Of a DNA stretch of 64,000 nucleotides, positions 39,757 to 50,095 are shown one piece after another. The first letter of the stretch is position 1. Each line of letters opens with the position of its first letter. The notes under the pieces are model-generated. The model worked only from the letters and a program-made list of their open reading frames with translations. It was not told the DNA's origin and ran no database searches. Location: positions 24,724 to 88,723 of the IMG/VR virus record IMGVR_UViG_3300038461_000101; one strand, given 5' to 3'. This stretch comes from a virus. The position numbers and the translations under genes were made by a program.

Positions 39757-40175
39757 GAGGTTGGTACCCATAGAGGGTTCATTTCCAGAACCTTATCTCC
39801 AATCTCGATGGCAACAACCGGTGGAAGTGCGGCCCAGGCACGATCGAAGGCGTTCTTATCAGTAAGGCGTTCGTTGACAAACTTGAACAACGGATCGCCT
39901 TTTTCATTGATGATATTGCAGGCACAGAGGGTCAGGAAGACTTCCAGCCGACGAATATCATCATAGGAGATCTTCTGAGTAACCTTGACCATCCGGCCAT
40001 CATATTCACGGGTAAAGTCGGCAAATAAGGTGTTGCGTTGTTCCACATCGCCTTGGGTGGCTTGCCGAACAGTGATTACCGTAGCGACAGCAGCATCGCC
40101 GGTATTCTCCAGGGCCTTATCACTCTCAACGAGGGTAAAGTCCTTCTTCTTGGGGGCTGACAACTGAATTGGCAT
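39741..40175 (-). CDS. tail assembly chaperone (G)
   Basis: Between tail tube and tape measure; ends in the slippery GGGGGAA. Confidence 0.7.
   Translation of the reverse strand: MPIQLSAPKKKDFTLVESDKALENTGDAAVATVITVRQATQGDVEQRNTLFADFTREYDGRMVKVTQKISYDDIRRLEVFLTLCACNIINEKGDPLFKFVNERLTDKNAFDRAWAALPPVVAIEIGDKVLEMNPLWVPTSGEGL
39750..39756 (-). other. programmed -1 frameshift site GGGGGAA
   Basis: TCG GGG GAA GGG TTG TAG; the -1 frame stays open to 39478. Confidence 0.7.
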
Positions 40176-40201
40176 TCTCTACTCCATATCTGAAAGTAAG
40201 G

Positions 40202-40225
40202 GAGGGGAAGGTTGCCCTTCCCCTC
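40202..40225 (-). terminator. hairpin terminator/attenuator after the tail tube gene
   Basis: GAGGGGAAGG-GCAA-CCTTCCCCTC 10-bp stem followed by a pyrimidine tract. Confidence 0.6.
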
Positions 40226-40244
40226 GATCTATTGAATGACTGGC

Positions 40245-41297
40245 TTAGCTCGGCCAGGTGTATTTCGAAACGTTGTTCTTCAGGATGAACTGGCAGTACG
40301 GGGTACTGTCCAGAGCAACGCCAGCGAAGCGCAGCATGACGCTTTGGGCACCGGCCAGGGCGATCCCACCGACCTGAGTCATCATGCACTCGGGGGCTTT
40401 GACACGCAGGGCATATTTCTCGGAATGCCCAACCATCTCCGTGGAAGAAACTGTGTTCACATCCAGGGATGCGGTATAGGGCTTGCCACTCCAGAGCTGC
40501 ACACCTGAGCCAGCTCCGGTCAGTACCTTACGGTACAGGGTGGGATCATTCCATTTCACCATGATGTCAAAGGTCAGGCGACGCTGAACGATCGTCACAT
40601 CTTCGATGTAAGGATCGCCAAAGATGCGCTCCTGGCGGAGATCCAGCGGGACGTTCTGGAAACCGATTTGGGCCTGCACGATCGGCAGTTCGTTTCCGTC
40701 GATCTTGATGAAACCATCTGTCTGGCAGGCGACCGGGATGGACTCCCAATCTTCCATGGAGGCTGCCCAGGTCCAATTCGCAGGATCTGGATCAAGGTAG
40801 AACTCCCGGCCAATCACATCCAAACGACAGCCGATGGGGGCATCATTCGGAAGGGCCAGGGTTGCGCCAATGACCTTGCAGTCTTTGAAGAAGATACCCA
40901 TATCGGTATCCACATTGTTATCCTTCTTAGGAACCATCTTGCGGAAGGACATCCAAGGCACAAAGTTCGTGTCCGAGGGGGCAAACGAGAAAACGTGCGA
41001 ATACACGTCCTCGTAATCGTGATCAGACTCAACGTACCCGAGCAGGCCATACAAGAGCCAGCCGAACGAGTCGATCAAACGGGGCTGAATGGACATGCCA
41101 CCAGCCACAACAGGTCCCGCCTTGTACGGGAATGTAGGAACGGCGACGCCTCCTACTTCGGGTGGGCCTTCCCGTACATCGTCAACGGCATCCAAGTCCA
41201 CCATGACAGCCCGATGACGCTGCCAAGCAGTAGCAATGGAGCCTTTACCGATCTGAGGGCCAAACCCGACCAATCCTTGCTGAGCTGATACACTCAT
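40245..41297 (-). CDS. major tail tube protein
   Basis: 350 aa, GGAGG RBS, G..LYGLLG...Y.H.F pattern, position. Confidence 0.75.
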   Translation of the reverse strand: MSVSAQQGLVGFGPQIGKGSIATAWQRHRAVMVDLDAVDDVREGPPEVGGVAVPTFPYKAGPVVAGGMSIQPRLIDSFGWLLYGLLGYVESDHDYEDVYSHVFSFAPSDTNFVPWMSFRKMVPKKDNNVDTDMGIFFKDCKVIGATLALPNDAPIGCRLDVIGREFYLDPDPANWTWAASMEDWESIPVACQTDGFIKIDGNELPIVQAQIGFQNVPLDLRQERIFGDPYIEDVTIVQRRLTFDIMVKWNDPTLYRKVLTGAGSGVQLWSGKPYTASLDVNTVSSTEMVGHSEKYALRVKAPECMMTQVGGIALAGAQSVMLRFAGVALDSTPYCQFILKNNVSKYTWPS

Positions 41298-41319
41298 AAC
41301 GAACCTCCAAACTCAATGA

Positions 41320-41865
41320 TTACGGTCTTCCAGTAAGGGCAGCCCATAGGACTTTTCCTCGGAAGATATATGCTTTAGGGGGACCACCACTCTCGAAGAA
41401 GGTATTCTCGTAGACGAATATAAGTGAGGCTTTCTCTCCGAACTCATCCTTGAGATCTGAAACGTAGGTGTTGGCAACCGTCTGCATGACCATGCCAAGG
41501 CATTGATAGGCATTTACATGGGCAAGTTCTTCAGACATGGCATGAGCAGCCACGTAGAAGCATTCCACTCGCACAACTCCACGCCGCCACCATTGTTCTC
41601 CGCCGCCAAATTCACGTACTGGTACTTTCCAGGCAATTTGTTTTGAAAACCCATCCGTGGTCGTTAGGCCATCGTTATAACTTGGGTTTTCATGATCGCC
41701 ACCGGCTACACCAATTTGGATGTTTTGCTTGATCCGGTTTTCCTGCAGGAGGCCCTTCTTCACGACACTGGCCCTCCAGAGTTCGGAGGGACTTACATCC
41801 GTGATCATTGCTTTGGTAAGGTCACGAACCATCCGGTCGAGCAGAAGGTTGACGATCTGCGTCAT
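41320..41865 (-). CDS. tail completion/terminator-like protein
   Basis: Position between adaptor and tail tube. Confidence 0.5.
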   Translation of the reverse strand: MTQIVNLLLDRMVRDLTKAMITDVSPSELWRASVVKKGLLQENRIKQNIQIGVAGGDHENPSYNDGLTTTDGFSKQIAWKVPVREFGGGEQWWRRGVVRVECFYVAAHAMSEELAHVNAYQCLGMVMQTVANTYVSDLKDEFGEKASLIFVYENTFFESGGPPKAYIFRGKVLWAALTGRP

Positions 41866-42527
41866 TAGTGCATTGCCTTTTGACTTGGCGGAATACGTTG
41901 CAGTTCGAGTTCAAACCGCTTCATGAAATAGGTTGACATCTGCTCAGCCGGATTGTCGGTTGGTTTACCTGAATCTACCTTGGTATCAAACTGGCGAATG
42001 CTTGCCGTTTGGGTTGCCGTATTGAGAAGACAGTAAGATGCTGCGAAATAAGTAAGGGCTGTAGCGGCCATTTGGGGAGTGTCGATTGGATCTTCGTCAT
42101 CTTCCGGCTTGGCCCAAGTTGCTGAGTAATACACTGTGGCACCGACTTCTCCATCAATTACGGCTGCAAGTGAGACATAACCTGCAGGGTAAAGCAACCA
42201 ACCATTTCCCCTAGTGGGGATCCTGGCCTTATCAACTTGCATGTTCAACTTTTCCAAGAAGACACTGTTTGTCTCATCGTAGACAGCCTCAATGTCGATC
42301 ACATCATCCGGTAAAGCCGTAGCCTCGCCAGAAGGTTTGATCGTGAACGTAGAAGGCTTGAAGCATCTGACCGTAATAGCGTCAAGGGCAGCATGAACAG
42401 CATCTTTGAGTAGATCGGCCTCATAGATCTGGCCTGCGGTTTCTGGCCCACCTGATGTTCCAGGAACGACCGTATCACCGAGGATCCGTACTATTTTGGC
42501 TTTCAATTCTGCAAATGTGATATTCAC
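41865..42527 (-). CDS. head-tail adaptor
   Basis: TFAELKAKIVRILGD N-terminus, LP.D...IE.V; directly after the capsid gene. Confidence 0.65.
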   Translation of the reverse strand: MNITFAELKAKIVRILGDTVVPGTSGGPETAGQIYEADLLKDAVHAALDAITVRCFKPSTFTIKPSGEATALPDDVIDIEAVYDETNSVFLEKLNMQVDKARIPTRGNGWLLYPAGYVSLAAVIDGEVGATVYYSATWAKPEDDEDPIDTPQMAATALTYFAASYCLLNTATQTASIRQFDTKVDSGKPTDNPAEQMSTYFMKRFELELQRIPPSQKAMH

Positions 42528-42560
42528 GCTGCGCCTTTGTTCTTTAGGTCAGGAGTGTGA

Positions 42561-43997
42561 CTAGCTGATTTCAGCCATGGGCGAGATGATACCGCCTGGC
42601 TTGGGCAGGGTCACGGAAACGAAGTGGCACTCGAAGAGCAACGGATCCCACACGTTGTAACCGGCGATGATGTCCCATACATAACGCCAGACGGACTCGA
42701 AGTCATCAATCGGCTTTGGTTCGAAGAAGCGCAACGGACGGTTCACATTGCCTTTGATGCCACCCTTGGCACCAAGTACCAAGCAGAAGCCAACATGGGA
42801 GGCTTTGGTCATGTAGCAATAACCTGTGACCGTGCCATCCTTGGCTATGCGTGAGATCTTGTTGCCATAGTGGAAGAGAACAGGGCGATCGAACTGAACG
42901 GTTTCAGGAGTCGGCTTAGCAACGATACGACGATGGATTGTCTTGCCATGCAGCAGGGCGACACCGTTGGGATCACCTGTGAGACTGGCATCAAACTCTG
43001 TATGGAGCGAGATGATGTCATTCACGTTGAAGGCGGCCAGAGACTGACCGGCGCAGGTGATCTGATGGGCAGCACCCTTCTGACCGACATACCAGGTTTC
43101 ATCGACCTGGGTGGTCGTAGGATCGGGTGCACCATCACCCATGTGGATTTCTTCCGTGACAACCACCTGGGAAACAACCCGGCCACCGTTATAGAGCACG
43201 GCACCGGATTGCCCATACTTGTCATTGGGGGCCTGCATGAACCGAATGTTCTTGTAGGTACCCAATTCATAGGGCAGCGGGCCACGCCCGGTCCAGATGG
43301 TGGCATCACGCCACAGGGCCGCTTCGTTCTGGCTGGCTTTGTGGAGAGATTCCTGGAAGTCGAAGATCGCACCTGGGGGCACGATACAGACTTTCATATT
43401 GGGCATATCGCCGGGAATAACGGGATCACCGGTCTGCCCAATACGCAGGTTCCACTCGTTGACGATGCCAATACCGAACTTGTCGTCAGCGTCCAGGGTG
43501 GCAAAGCTGGAAGCGTCACCACCATAGGTCCAGAAGGTCTTGGGGCCACGGAGAAAGGCATTGCGGGACAGGGCTTCGACCTTGCGACGGACATTGCTGC
43601 CGAGAACGCCCCGGAGCAAAGGTCGCCAATCACGCCCACCGGACATCTGCCACATCTGAAAGATGTTGTCCGATTCGTGCAGCTGAACCTTGTCGCCATA
43701 GCGGGCGACGGTCAACTGTCTCATGCGGGAGTCGACACCGAGGGGCTCAGGGATGTATTGCTGAGTCATCGTCAGCTCTTCAGTGTCAGCTTCCCCTTCC
43801 AACAGCTCAGTGAACTGGCTGTATTGGGCACCGGTCACGGATGACCGATCGGTCCACTCAATGAGTGGGGTGTAGATCGTGGGGCCAGTCTGGAACTGCA
43901 TCATGACAGCAGCGTCACGGTCAGTCCAGACGTTCTGGTCGATCACACCAATGGGGTTGTTGTTGTAGAAATCGAAAAACGAAGGATCAGTAGCCAT
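42561..43997 (-). CDS. major capsid protein (N4-gp56-like)
   Basis: LTV..YG..V...E, ELG.YKNIRF, DDF.....W; GAGG RBS; strong codon bias; follows the scaffold. Confidence 0.8.
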   Translation of the reverse strand: MATDPSFFDFYNNNPIGVIDQNVWTDRDAAVMMQFQTGPTIYTPLIEWTDRSSVTGAQYSQFTELLEGEADTEELTMTQQYIPEPLGVDSRMRQLTVARYGDKVQLHESDNIFQMWQMSGGRDWRPLLRGVLGSNVRRKVEALSRNAFLRGPKTFWTYGGDASSFATLDADDKFGIGIVNEWNLRIGQTGDPVIPGDMPNMKVCIVPPGAIFDFQESLHKASQNEAALWRDATIWTGRGPLPYELGTYKNIRFMQAPNDKYGQSGAVLYNGGRVVSQVVVTEEIHMGDGAPDPTTTQVDETWYVGQKGAAHQITCAGQSLAAFNVNDIISLHTEFDASLTGDPNGVALLHGKTIHRRIVAKPTPETVQFDRPVLFHYGNKISRIAKDGTVTGYCYMTKASHVGFCLVLGAKGGIKGNVNRPLRFFEPKPIDDFESVWRYVWDIIAGYNVWDPLLFECHFVSVTLPKPGGIISPMAEIS

Positions 43998-44021
43998 AAT
44001 TGATTACCTCAATTTCAGAGA

Positions 44022-44741
44022 TTATTTCTTTCCTTTTTGACTCAAGTTTAGGTAGTTCTGGAAATGCAGGTTATAACCTGCAGAGTCGCCCTTGAACATG
44101 GCGGCATTTGCCTGCTTGAGTTCTTCATCGGCTGAGGCGTTGCCACTTCCACCACCGCCACCAGCCGGAGGAGGCGGGCCTCCGCCCGCACCCAAACTGG
44201 AGATCTTCGCAACAGTTGCCAGCTTGTCGGCAAAGGATTGGAAGAGTTTTTCAACATCTTCGTCCTTGGCATCTACTGGAGATTCGGGAAGCTGACCATC
44301 GGCTTCCCAGGATGCGAGAAACGGGTATTTGGCGAGAATGATTCTGGCACGTTGCAGGGCTGACTTGGCAGTCGTTCGTTCGAGGTCTGCTTCCTCAAAT
44401 TGGGTCTTGAGGGTTTCATGCTCGGTACCGAGGGCTGTATGGGCCTGTTGCAAGGTTTCCAGTGCTGTCTTATGGGTAAGCACTTCTCCTTCCAGAGTAG
44501 TGACTTTTGGCGTGAGCTTATTTGCGATCTCACGCTGAAGACCAGCGTAACCATTCTTCCAGCGATCCGCTTCAGCGAGTGCTGCAGCTAACTGTTGTTC
44601 AACGGTTAGTCCTGCTGCGGGTAGGTTCTGGCTTTGGGGAGCAGGGGAATTTCCACCGGCTGCAGGGGCAGGATCTGCAGGAGGTGTGGTTCCACCGCCA
44701 CCACTAGTACCACCATCAGGGGACAAGAATTTGCGAAACAT
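44022..44741 (-). CDS. capsid scaffolding protein
   Basis: Pro/Gly-rich termini and central coiled coil, directly upstream of the capsid gene. Confidence 0.7.
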   Translation of the reverse strand: MFRKFLSPDGGTSGGGGTTPPADPAPAAGGNSPAPQSQNLPAAGLTVEQQLAAALAEADRWKNGYAGLQREIANKLTPKVTTLEGEVLTHKTALETLQQAHTALGTEHETLKTQFEEADLERTTAKSALQRARIILAKYPFLASWEADGQLPESPVDAKDEDVEKLFQSFADKLATVAKISSLGAGGGPPPPAGGGGGSGNASADEELKQANAAMFKGDSAGYNLHFQNYLNLSQKGKK

Positions 44742-44755
44742 GATTTCTCCTTTAC

Positions 44756-44977
44756 CTAGATTTTGCCTTCTGCCTTATCTTTTTCCCACGCAGCATGAGC
44801 TTTTGCGGGTAGAAACTTGGCAGCACGGCGTAAGATGGAACGGCGTTGAGACTTGGATGTGTTCTTGCCTCTGAGCCGTATAGCAGAGTCCGCCTGGGAT
44901 GCGTTCTTGATTGGGAACCGTTCATCACCAGTCGCACTATACTTTTCACGATCACCCTTATCTACTTTAGCGGCCAT
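44756..44977 (-). CDS. small basic head-module protein
   Basis: RFPI.N...A.SAIRL motif; Arg/Lys-rich. Confidence 0.55.
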   Translation of the reverse strand: MAAKVDKGDREKYSATGDERFPIKNASQADSAIRLRGKNTSKSQRRSILRRAAKFLPAKAHAAWEKDKAEGKI

Positions 44978-45006
44978 ATGCACCTTCTTCCAATTGGAAA
45001 AATGGG

Positions 45007-46572
45007 CTAATGGGTGGGTTTGATCCCGCCACTTCCACCACCTGGATCACCAAAACCACCACCAGGAGGTGGGACAATATCTTTCTCGGAACGGATCTGA
45101 GCAAGTTCGGCTTCTGCATCTGGAGTATCTCCAAGCAGTTCAATGAGATGTTTGATGGAGCCAACCTTGTTCTTGGCACGAATGGCAACTTCCTGTACCA
45201 TTCCATCCCGATCACGAGGTAGAGTGGGCGACCACTCAATAACAAGTTGAACCTTCAGGTCGTCTTCAATGATGTCATTCAAACCGATAACTTGCATCAT
45301 TTTCAGAAGGATCTTGCCAAAGGTGGTAAATCCAACTGACCAGAAGATACGCTCAGCTTCAACGTGCGATGTAAGCGGCCACATACGGGCATTGAGTGTG
45401 ACCGAAGATCTTTGGGAGCCCTGATCGACACCATCTGCAACTGCAGGATGGTTGACTTCAATCCGGTAATAATCCACCAGGGACTTGTTGAAATTTAGAA
45501 TTGGAAGAGTGGCTGACTTGTTGTTTACGGCCTGCATATCGGGATTGCTTTCATTCCCGGTCAAGCCACTGGTGGCTCCAAGGTTTACGATCGGTCTTCC
45601 ATCACCGATCTGGATTGTTTCCAGAGAACCACGAATGTTGCGAACCCAAATGTAGGCATGTGTATCTTCACTGACTGCATCGCCTACATCTGCTTCACGC
45701 AGGTTGATCTCACGGACAAGCCCCTTTACCATATCGGTAATGATGGACTCGCCACGGAATTTGTTGAGACGAATGTGTGGGATATAGACTACAGGAACAA
45801 CCCCAAAGGGGTTGGTATTATCTTGGATAAGACTGGTACCATTGATATTGACTTCATGGAGAGTTCGGGTCCAGTGCTCGATATACCACCAGGAAATATC
45901 GTTGCCATTGGCTGAGTTGTATCCCTCATCTTTGAACTCACCATATTGCTTCAGTTCATCCCAGGTCAACGATTTGATGATCCAGCATTCCTTCAGATTG
46001 TAGTAGTCCGTTCCATCAGGAATACCAACAAACTCTTGGGGTAAGGGAGCACTGATAAGGATTTTCTTTTGTTCAGGAAGATAGGTTGCACACCAGACAC
46101 AACCCCCCAAATATTGAGATTGAATTGCATTTTGCATGAACAGCGATCCTGCATTGCTATCGGCAAAGCAAGTTGTCAGGGCTTTCTCAATGCGAGTAAC
46201 CTGCTCTTTACTTGCTTCAGTAGGATCGGCGTGAATCTTGATAGGCATGGCCCCCTGATGGATGCTGTCGAGAGAGGTGCCCAAAAGCGTTACGGCATGT
46301 TTCTCACAGGTATTACGGATAGGGTTGATGCGGATAGGGAATTTTTCAACAGCCTTTTTCGATTTAGGATCCACTGTGGTTTCTGCTAAATTGCTCCCCT
46401 CATACCAGTCACTCAGCATACCATATTCTTGAAGTTGGATATTCCAGGTGGTAATTGGAAAATTATCCAGCATCTCCAGCGTCCAGGGTGTTGAGGCGAT
46501 GGAGGAGATGTTCTTTAGGGTTTCAAGAAATGGCACTGTAACTGGTGCTGCCGTAAGAGGGACTGCAGGCAT
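45007..46572 (-). CDS. portal protein
   Basis: 521 aa after terminase; NPFGVVPVVYIPH...GES, W...LPRD; AGGAG RBS. Confidence 0.82.
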   Translation of the reverse strand: MPAVPLTAAPVTVPFLETLKNISSIASTPWTLEMLDNFPITTWNIQLQEYGMLSDWYEGSNLAETTVDPKSKKAVEKFPIRINPIRNTCEKHAVTLLGTSLDSIHQGAMPIKIHADPTEASKEQVTRIEKALTTCFADSNAGSLFMQNAIQSQYLGGCVWCATYLPEQKKILISAPLPQEFVGIPDGTDYYNLKECWIIKSLTWDELKQYGEFKDEGYNSANGNDISWWYIEHWTRTLHEVNINGTSLIQDNTNPFGVVPVVYIPHIRLNKFRGESIITDMVKGLVREINLREADVGDAVSEDTHAYIWVRNIRGSLETIQIGDGRPIVNLGATSGLTGNESNPDMQAVNNKSATLPILNFNKSLVDYYRIEVNHPAVADGVDQGSQRSSVTLNARMWPLTSHVEAERIFWSVGFTTFGKILLKMMQVIGLNDIIEDDLKVQLVIEWSPTLPRDRDGMVQEVAIRAKNKVGSIKHLIELLGDTPDAEAELAQIRSEKDIVPPPGGGFGDPGGGSGGIKPTH

Positions 46573-46738
46573 AGGACTCCTGAATGCAAAAGAGCAGAAA
46601 CCGGATGTACTCTATCCATGTCTCTGCTCTGTCTGTCTTACGGTATTACTATATTACTATAACACTTTTGTGGCTCAAATACCACGAAATTAGGTAAAGA
46701 TGGAAGGTTTTGGAGGTTCTCAGCGAGGAAAACGCCTA

Positions 46739-48397
46739 TTACCTCTCTCGGGGTCCCGATACTCTCTCCCTAAGCCTTCGGATGGCCCAAGCATTGTTTG
46801 CATCGCTTTCTCTTGAATGTCTTCGTAGGACTGTATTTGCATTATGCGCTGTGTCAATACTTCCTTCTCCTTGGCCGCTAAATATACCGTAGTGCGCACG
46901 TATCGCAAACGCAGCCATCGCCAGAGTAGCAACCAGGTCCTGTGGAAGTTTAGACGCAGCACTCTTATCAATTGTTGGATCATAGTTCCTCAATTGTGAA
47001 CCAATCCCCGCTATGAAGTGGGGCCAGATAATCCCACGACTTTCCAGCGAGAGCCGCAGGGCAATAAGATAGGAGAATTTCTTCTGGCCTGAGAAGTCCA
47101 TGCCAGTGATGTAATCAATGGAGAGGTGTCGGCCAACCACATATTCCATGGTGATGATCTCTGCAGTGTTCTTCTGAGTGCCGGTGCTATCCACTCCTAC
47201 AAAGACCGGTCGATAATACTCAATGAGATCCATCATTTCAGAAACCCAGGGAGTGATTGATCCACCACCATTTCCCCACCACATCCCTACGAGTGCCGCC
47301 GCCGAGTTCGGGCAGTCGGTAACATCAAAGACCATGAGGGTAGGAGCATTTCGAGCAGGAGCCACACCAGTACCAGGATCTCCAAGAAGGAAGTAAATAC
47401 GACCTTCCTTGCGAGGTATACGCATGTTCCACACTGAAAGATGAGGGACACTCTGAATAATCCAGTAAGGTGAATCGCCCTTAGCATTTTCTCTTCCTTT
47501 CAGATACGAGACAGAAAGTAACTCACTCTCACAGCCAGCGACTGTCTCTTTGGTAAAGTAAGTGCCCCGGCCTTCTGGCCGCCGACCGGTAAGGAATCTG
47601 TCTTGATCATCCTTGGGCACCAGCTTTAGGATATTGCGTAATTGCTTTGGAGTAACGTTTGTGTTATCGGCAGTTTCAATGTTGATGGCAAGCGATTCTG
47701 TTGGATCTGCAGCTGCTACATCAAACATTTGCCAGAGTTCTGGATTGTCGTAGGGGTTACTGATAAGTGAGAGCCGCCCCATGTATTCACGGCCAACTGG
47801 CGTATTCCCAGTACCACGTGTGGAAAGATTTCCCACTACTTCAGCCAGATCATCCAGTAGACCGGCTTCATCGACGTTCAACCAATCACCACGCCAGGAC
47901 ATGATGTTTGTGGCATCACGATCGGAACCAATTGACATGAACTCCATCGTGGCATGATGGTAAAGACCATTGACCAGGAAACCCAATTCGATCATGGGAT
48001 ATGGTCTCTTGGGAGATGCGATGATCAACTTTTCAGCTAAGCAGTCTTTTGCATGTTCCAGCATGATCCCATACATGAGTTGAGACTGCCAGGATACTTT
48101 GGCTATATTCAGAAATTTGAAGTCCTGAGTAACTATTCCATGCCCAAAGGCTGACATACCAACCCCCAATGTCTTACCAGTACCAATACCACCAATGGCA
48201 ACAAGAAAGGTCTGGCTGGCAAGACACATATCCATTTGCCATTTACCATTGGAAGTGAAACCATGGTCGAGTTGCCATCCTATTTCCTGGCCGGGTTTTC
48301 GGAAGAAATATCCGAGCAGGATATTGGGATCTTGTTTCCCCCTCTCCATGATTTCGATCTCAGCTTGTGACAGGGAATAGATATTACTACTAGCCAT
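46739..48397 (-). CDS. terL: terminase large subunit
   Basis: Walker A GGIGTGKT, Walker B NVDEAG, ISNP, RNase H-like LGDPG, VDSTG, D.V..LAMA. Confidence 0.88.
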   Translation of the reverse strand: MASSNIYSLSQAEIEIMERGKQDPNILLGYFFRKPGQEIGWQLDHGFTSNGKWQMDMCLASQTFLVAIGGIGTGKTLGVGMSAFGHGIVTQDFKFLNIAKVSWQSQLMYGIMLEHAKDCLAEKLIIASPKRPYPMIELGFLVNGLYHHATMEFMSIGSDRDATNIMSWRGDWLNVDEAGLLDDLAEVVGNLSTRGTGNTPVGREYMGRLSLISNPYDNPELWQMFDVAAADPTESLAINIETADNTNVTPKQLRNILKLVPKDDQDRFLTGRRPEGRGTYFTKETVAGCESELLSVSYLKGRENAKGDSPYWIIQSVPHLSVWNMRIPRKEGRIYFLLGDPGTGVAPARNAPTLMVFDVTDCPNSAAALVGMWWGNGGGSITPWVSEMMDLIEYYRPVFVGVDSTGTQKNTAEIITMEYVVGRHLSIDYITGMDFSGQKKFSYLIALRLSLESRGIIWPHFIAGIGSQLRNYDPTIDKSAASKLPQDLVATLAMAAFAIRAHYGIFSGQGEGSIDTAHNANTVLRRHSRESDANNAWAIRRLRERVSGPRER

Positions 48398-48689
48398 TAC
48401 GTCGCATTTCTTTCATCCTGATCAGGGCATCCTTCCAGCGATTATAGGCTGGAATGACGTTCTGCCAGGGAACTTCGAATGGTTTACCTGATAAGAGCAG
48501 ATCTTCAACTTTCTTGATTTCCCGCCTATCAAATATCCAAAACATCTTGGAACCTTCTGCTTCCACTTTAATTTCGGTGATCCCGAAGCACAGAAAACAG
48601 ATCACTGGGTCAAAGCGATCCTTTTCACTGTGAAACTCACGAGGAACACCAATCTTCTCTGGATTGCTCTGAATAACGTACCTATCCAT
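48390..48689 (-). CDS. hypothetical protein
   Basis: GGAG RBS; overlaps the terL start. Confidence 0.55.
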   Translation of the reverse strand: MDRYVIQSNPEKIGVPREFHSEKDRFDPVICFLCFGITEIKVEAEGSKMFWIFDRREIKKVEDLLLSGKPFEVPWQNVIPAYNRWKDALIRMKEMRRNG

Positions 48690-48765
48690 AATATCCTCCG
48701 AATCTAAACTTTGGTTTTGCGCGCACCTCCTTCTGGTCTACTCTACTCTGGCTGTCGTACTGGTC

Positions 48766-49089
48766 TTACCGTTCTTTGATATTAGGATGCCCTTTCTCGT
48801 AAATCGGGAACCAACCACCAGTTTCCAGCTCACCCCAAATACGGTGGGCACTTTCAACATGGATCTTGGTGATTACGACACGGTTGCCCGGGCCATGGGC
48901 ACCTCCTGGAAGGGCTCCCATATTAGGAACCGTTCGAAGGGAAACTGGTTCGATAATGGTGGCAGGGCCAATATGCAAACCATGTTTGGCAAGAATGGCC
49001 TCCCATTCTGCCTGTGGAAGTGTTTCGGGGACATCTTCCTGGACAACTTTCTGGACAGGTTTCTTCGAAGCTGATTTGGCAGCCATCAT
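48766..49089 (-). CDS. SH3b-like domain protein
   Basis: SLRTVPN...G.RVVI.....IWGEL..GGW; AGGAGG RBS. Confidence 0.55.
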   Translation of the reverse strand: MMAAKSASKKPVQKVVQEDVPETLPQAEWEAILAKHGLHIGPATIIEPVSLRTVPNMGALPGGAHGPGNRVVITKIHVESAHRIWGELETGGWFPIYEKGHPNIKER

Positions 49090-50072
49090 ACCTCCTTTGG
49101 GAAGGTCACATAATCTTCGTTATTCTGGTGAATAACGACAAAGTAGCCCTCTTTTGCCTGGGCAAAGATCAGTTGCTCATGCAGGCGAATGATGCGGGTG
49201 AAGAGGACCTTATCGCCCGGTTTGAGTGGCTCACCAATAATGGTGCTATTCAAGGAAGTGGTAGAACGTTTGGAGAGCACTTTCTGAACAACGCCCATCT
49301 TAGGGAATCCATCCTGAACAGGAGCAGTTGGCCCATAATAGGCCGGTTGTGCAAGGGGAGTAACTTTTACCACTTTTTTGGGACTTGATTTTTTAGCCAT
49401 GACTTCCTCCGTAAACTGAAATAGAATGGGATCAGAAAATCTTAAGGATGGATAGATCACCTCCTCAACACCACCAGGGATCAGTACGTTTTTGATCCAC
49501 TGGACAACTTGAGTATTGCTGTGCTCAACTGGTACGACGAAGGCCGTAAATGGCTTGTCGTGATTGACATGCTTCATAAGTAGAACTGTTTCCACTGTTA
49601 TAAGTTTGACCTGAGAAATAATTGGGACATAAGAAAGTCTATTCTTTACAGTGGAAAAGATAGTTCGGGTAATACTTTTTTCTCGCATCATTTCCCCAAT
49701 TGATGAGATGAAACTCAGATTGTACATATGATGAAGAAGATCACCGATTACTTCGATCAGGGGGCCAGCTATATCAAATTCCCCAAAGGTTCTCAGAAAA
49801 ACACGATCGGGCTGCAGTGTTTGTAGATATTGGATGGTCATATCCATGATGTCTTTGATCACATCATTGGAATGCAAGGTAAGCATGGCAACTCGTTCCA
49901 TTCTGTAATCGGTACCCATTTGGAGCAAGTTCCAGGACCAGGTGAGTGGGATCTTCTGAGAGGTCTCAACGACCAAGGAATTGAGGGGAAGTTTGGAGAT
50001 GTGGGGGCGATATGCTTCAGGATCTTCAAAGGTTGTTGGAGCCGTTCTAAATATGGCAATTCCTGTCTTCAT
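49086..50072 (-). CDS. hypothetical protein with C-terminal SH3b-like domain
   Basis: C-terminal R...SLNSTIIG..LKPGDKV; internal RBS+ATG at 49400. Confidence 0.5.
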   Translation of the reverse strand: MKTGIAIFRTAPTTFEDPEAYRPHISKLPLNSLVVETSQKIPLTWSWNLLQMGTDYRMERVAMLTLHSNDVIKDIMDMTIQYLQTLQPDRVFLRTFGEFDIAGPLIEVIGDLLHHMYNLSFISSIGEMMREKSITRTIFSTVKNRLSYVPIISQVKLITVETVLLMKHVNHDKPFTAFVVPVEHSNTQVVQWIKNVLIPGGVEEVIYPSLRFSDPILFQFTEEVMAKKSSPKKVVKVTPLAQPAYYGPTAPVQDGFPKMGVVQKVLSKRSTTSLNSTIIGEPLKPGDKVLFTRIIRLHEQLIFAQAKEGYFVVIHQNNEDYVTFPKEV

Positions 50073-50095
50073 ATGTACACTATACCCTTTTCTGC

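Noticed and set aside
42870-43844. 324-aa plus-strand ORF
   Set aside because: Antisense shadow of the major capsid gene.
46640-46680. Extended -10-like TGTTATAGT on the minus strand upstream of the portal gene
   Set aside because: Plausible promoter, but the -35 spacing is ambiguous and it cannot be supported without TSS data.
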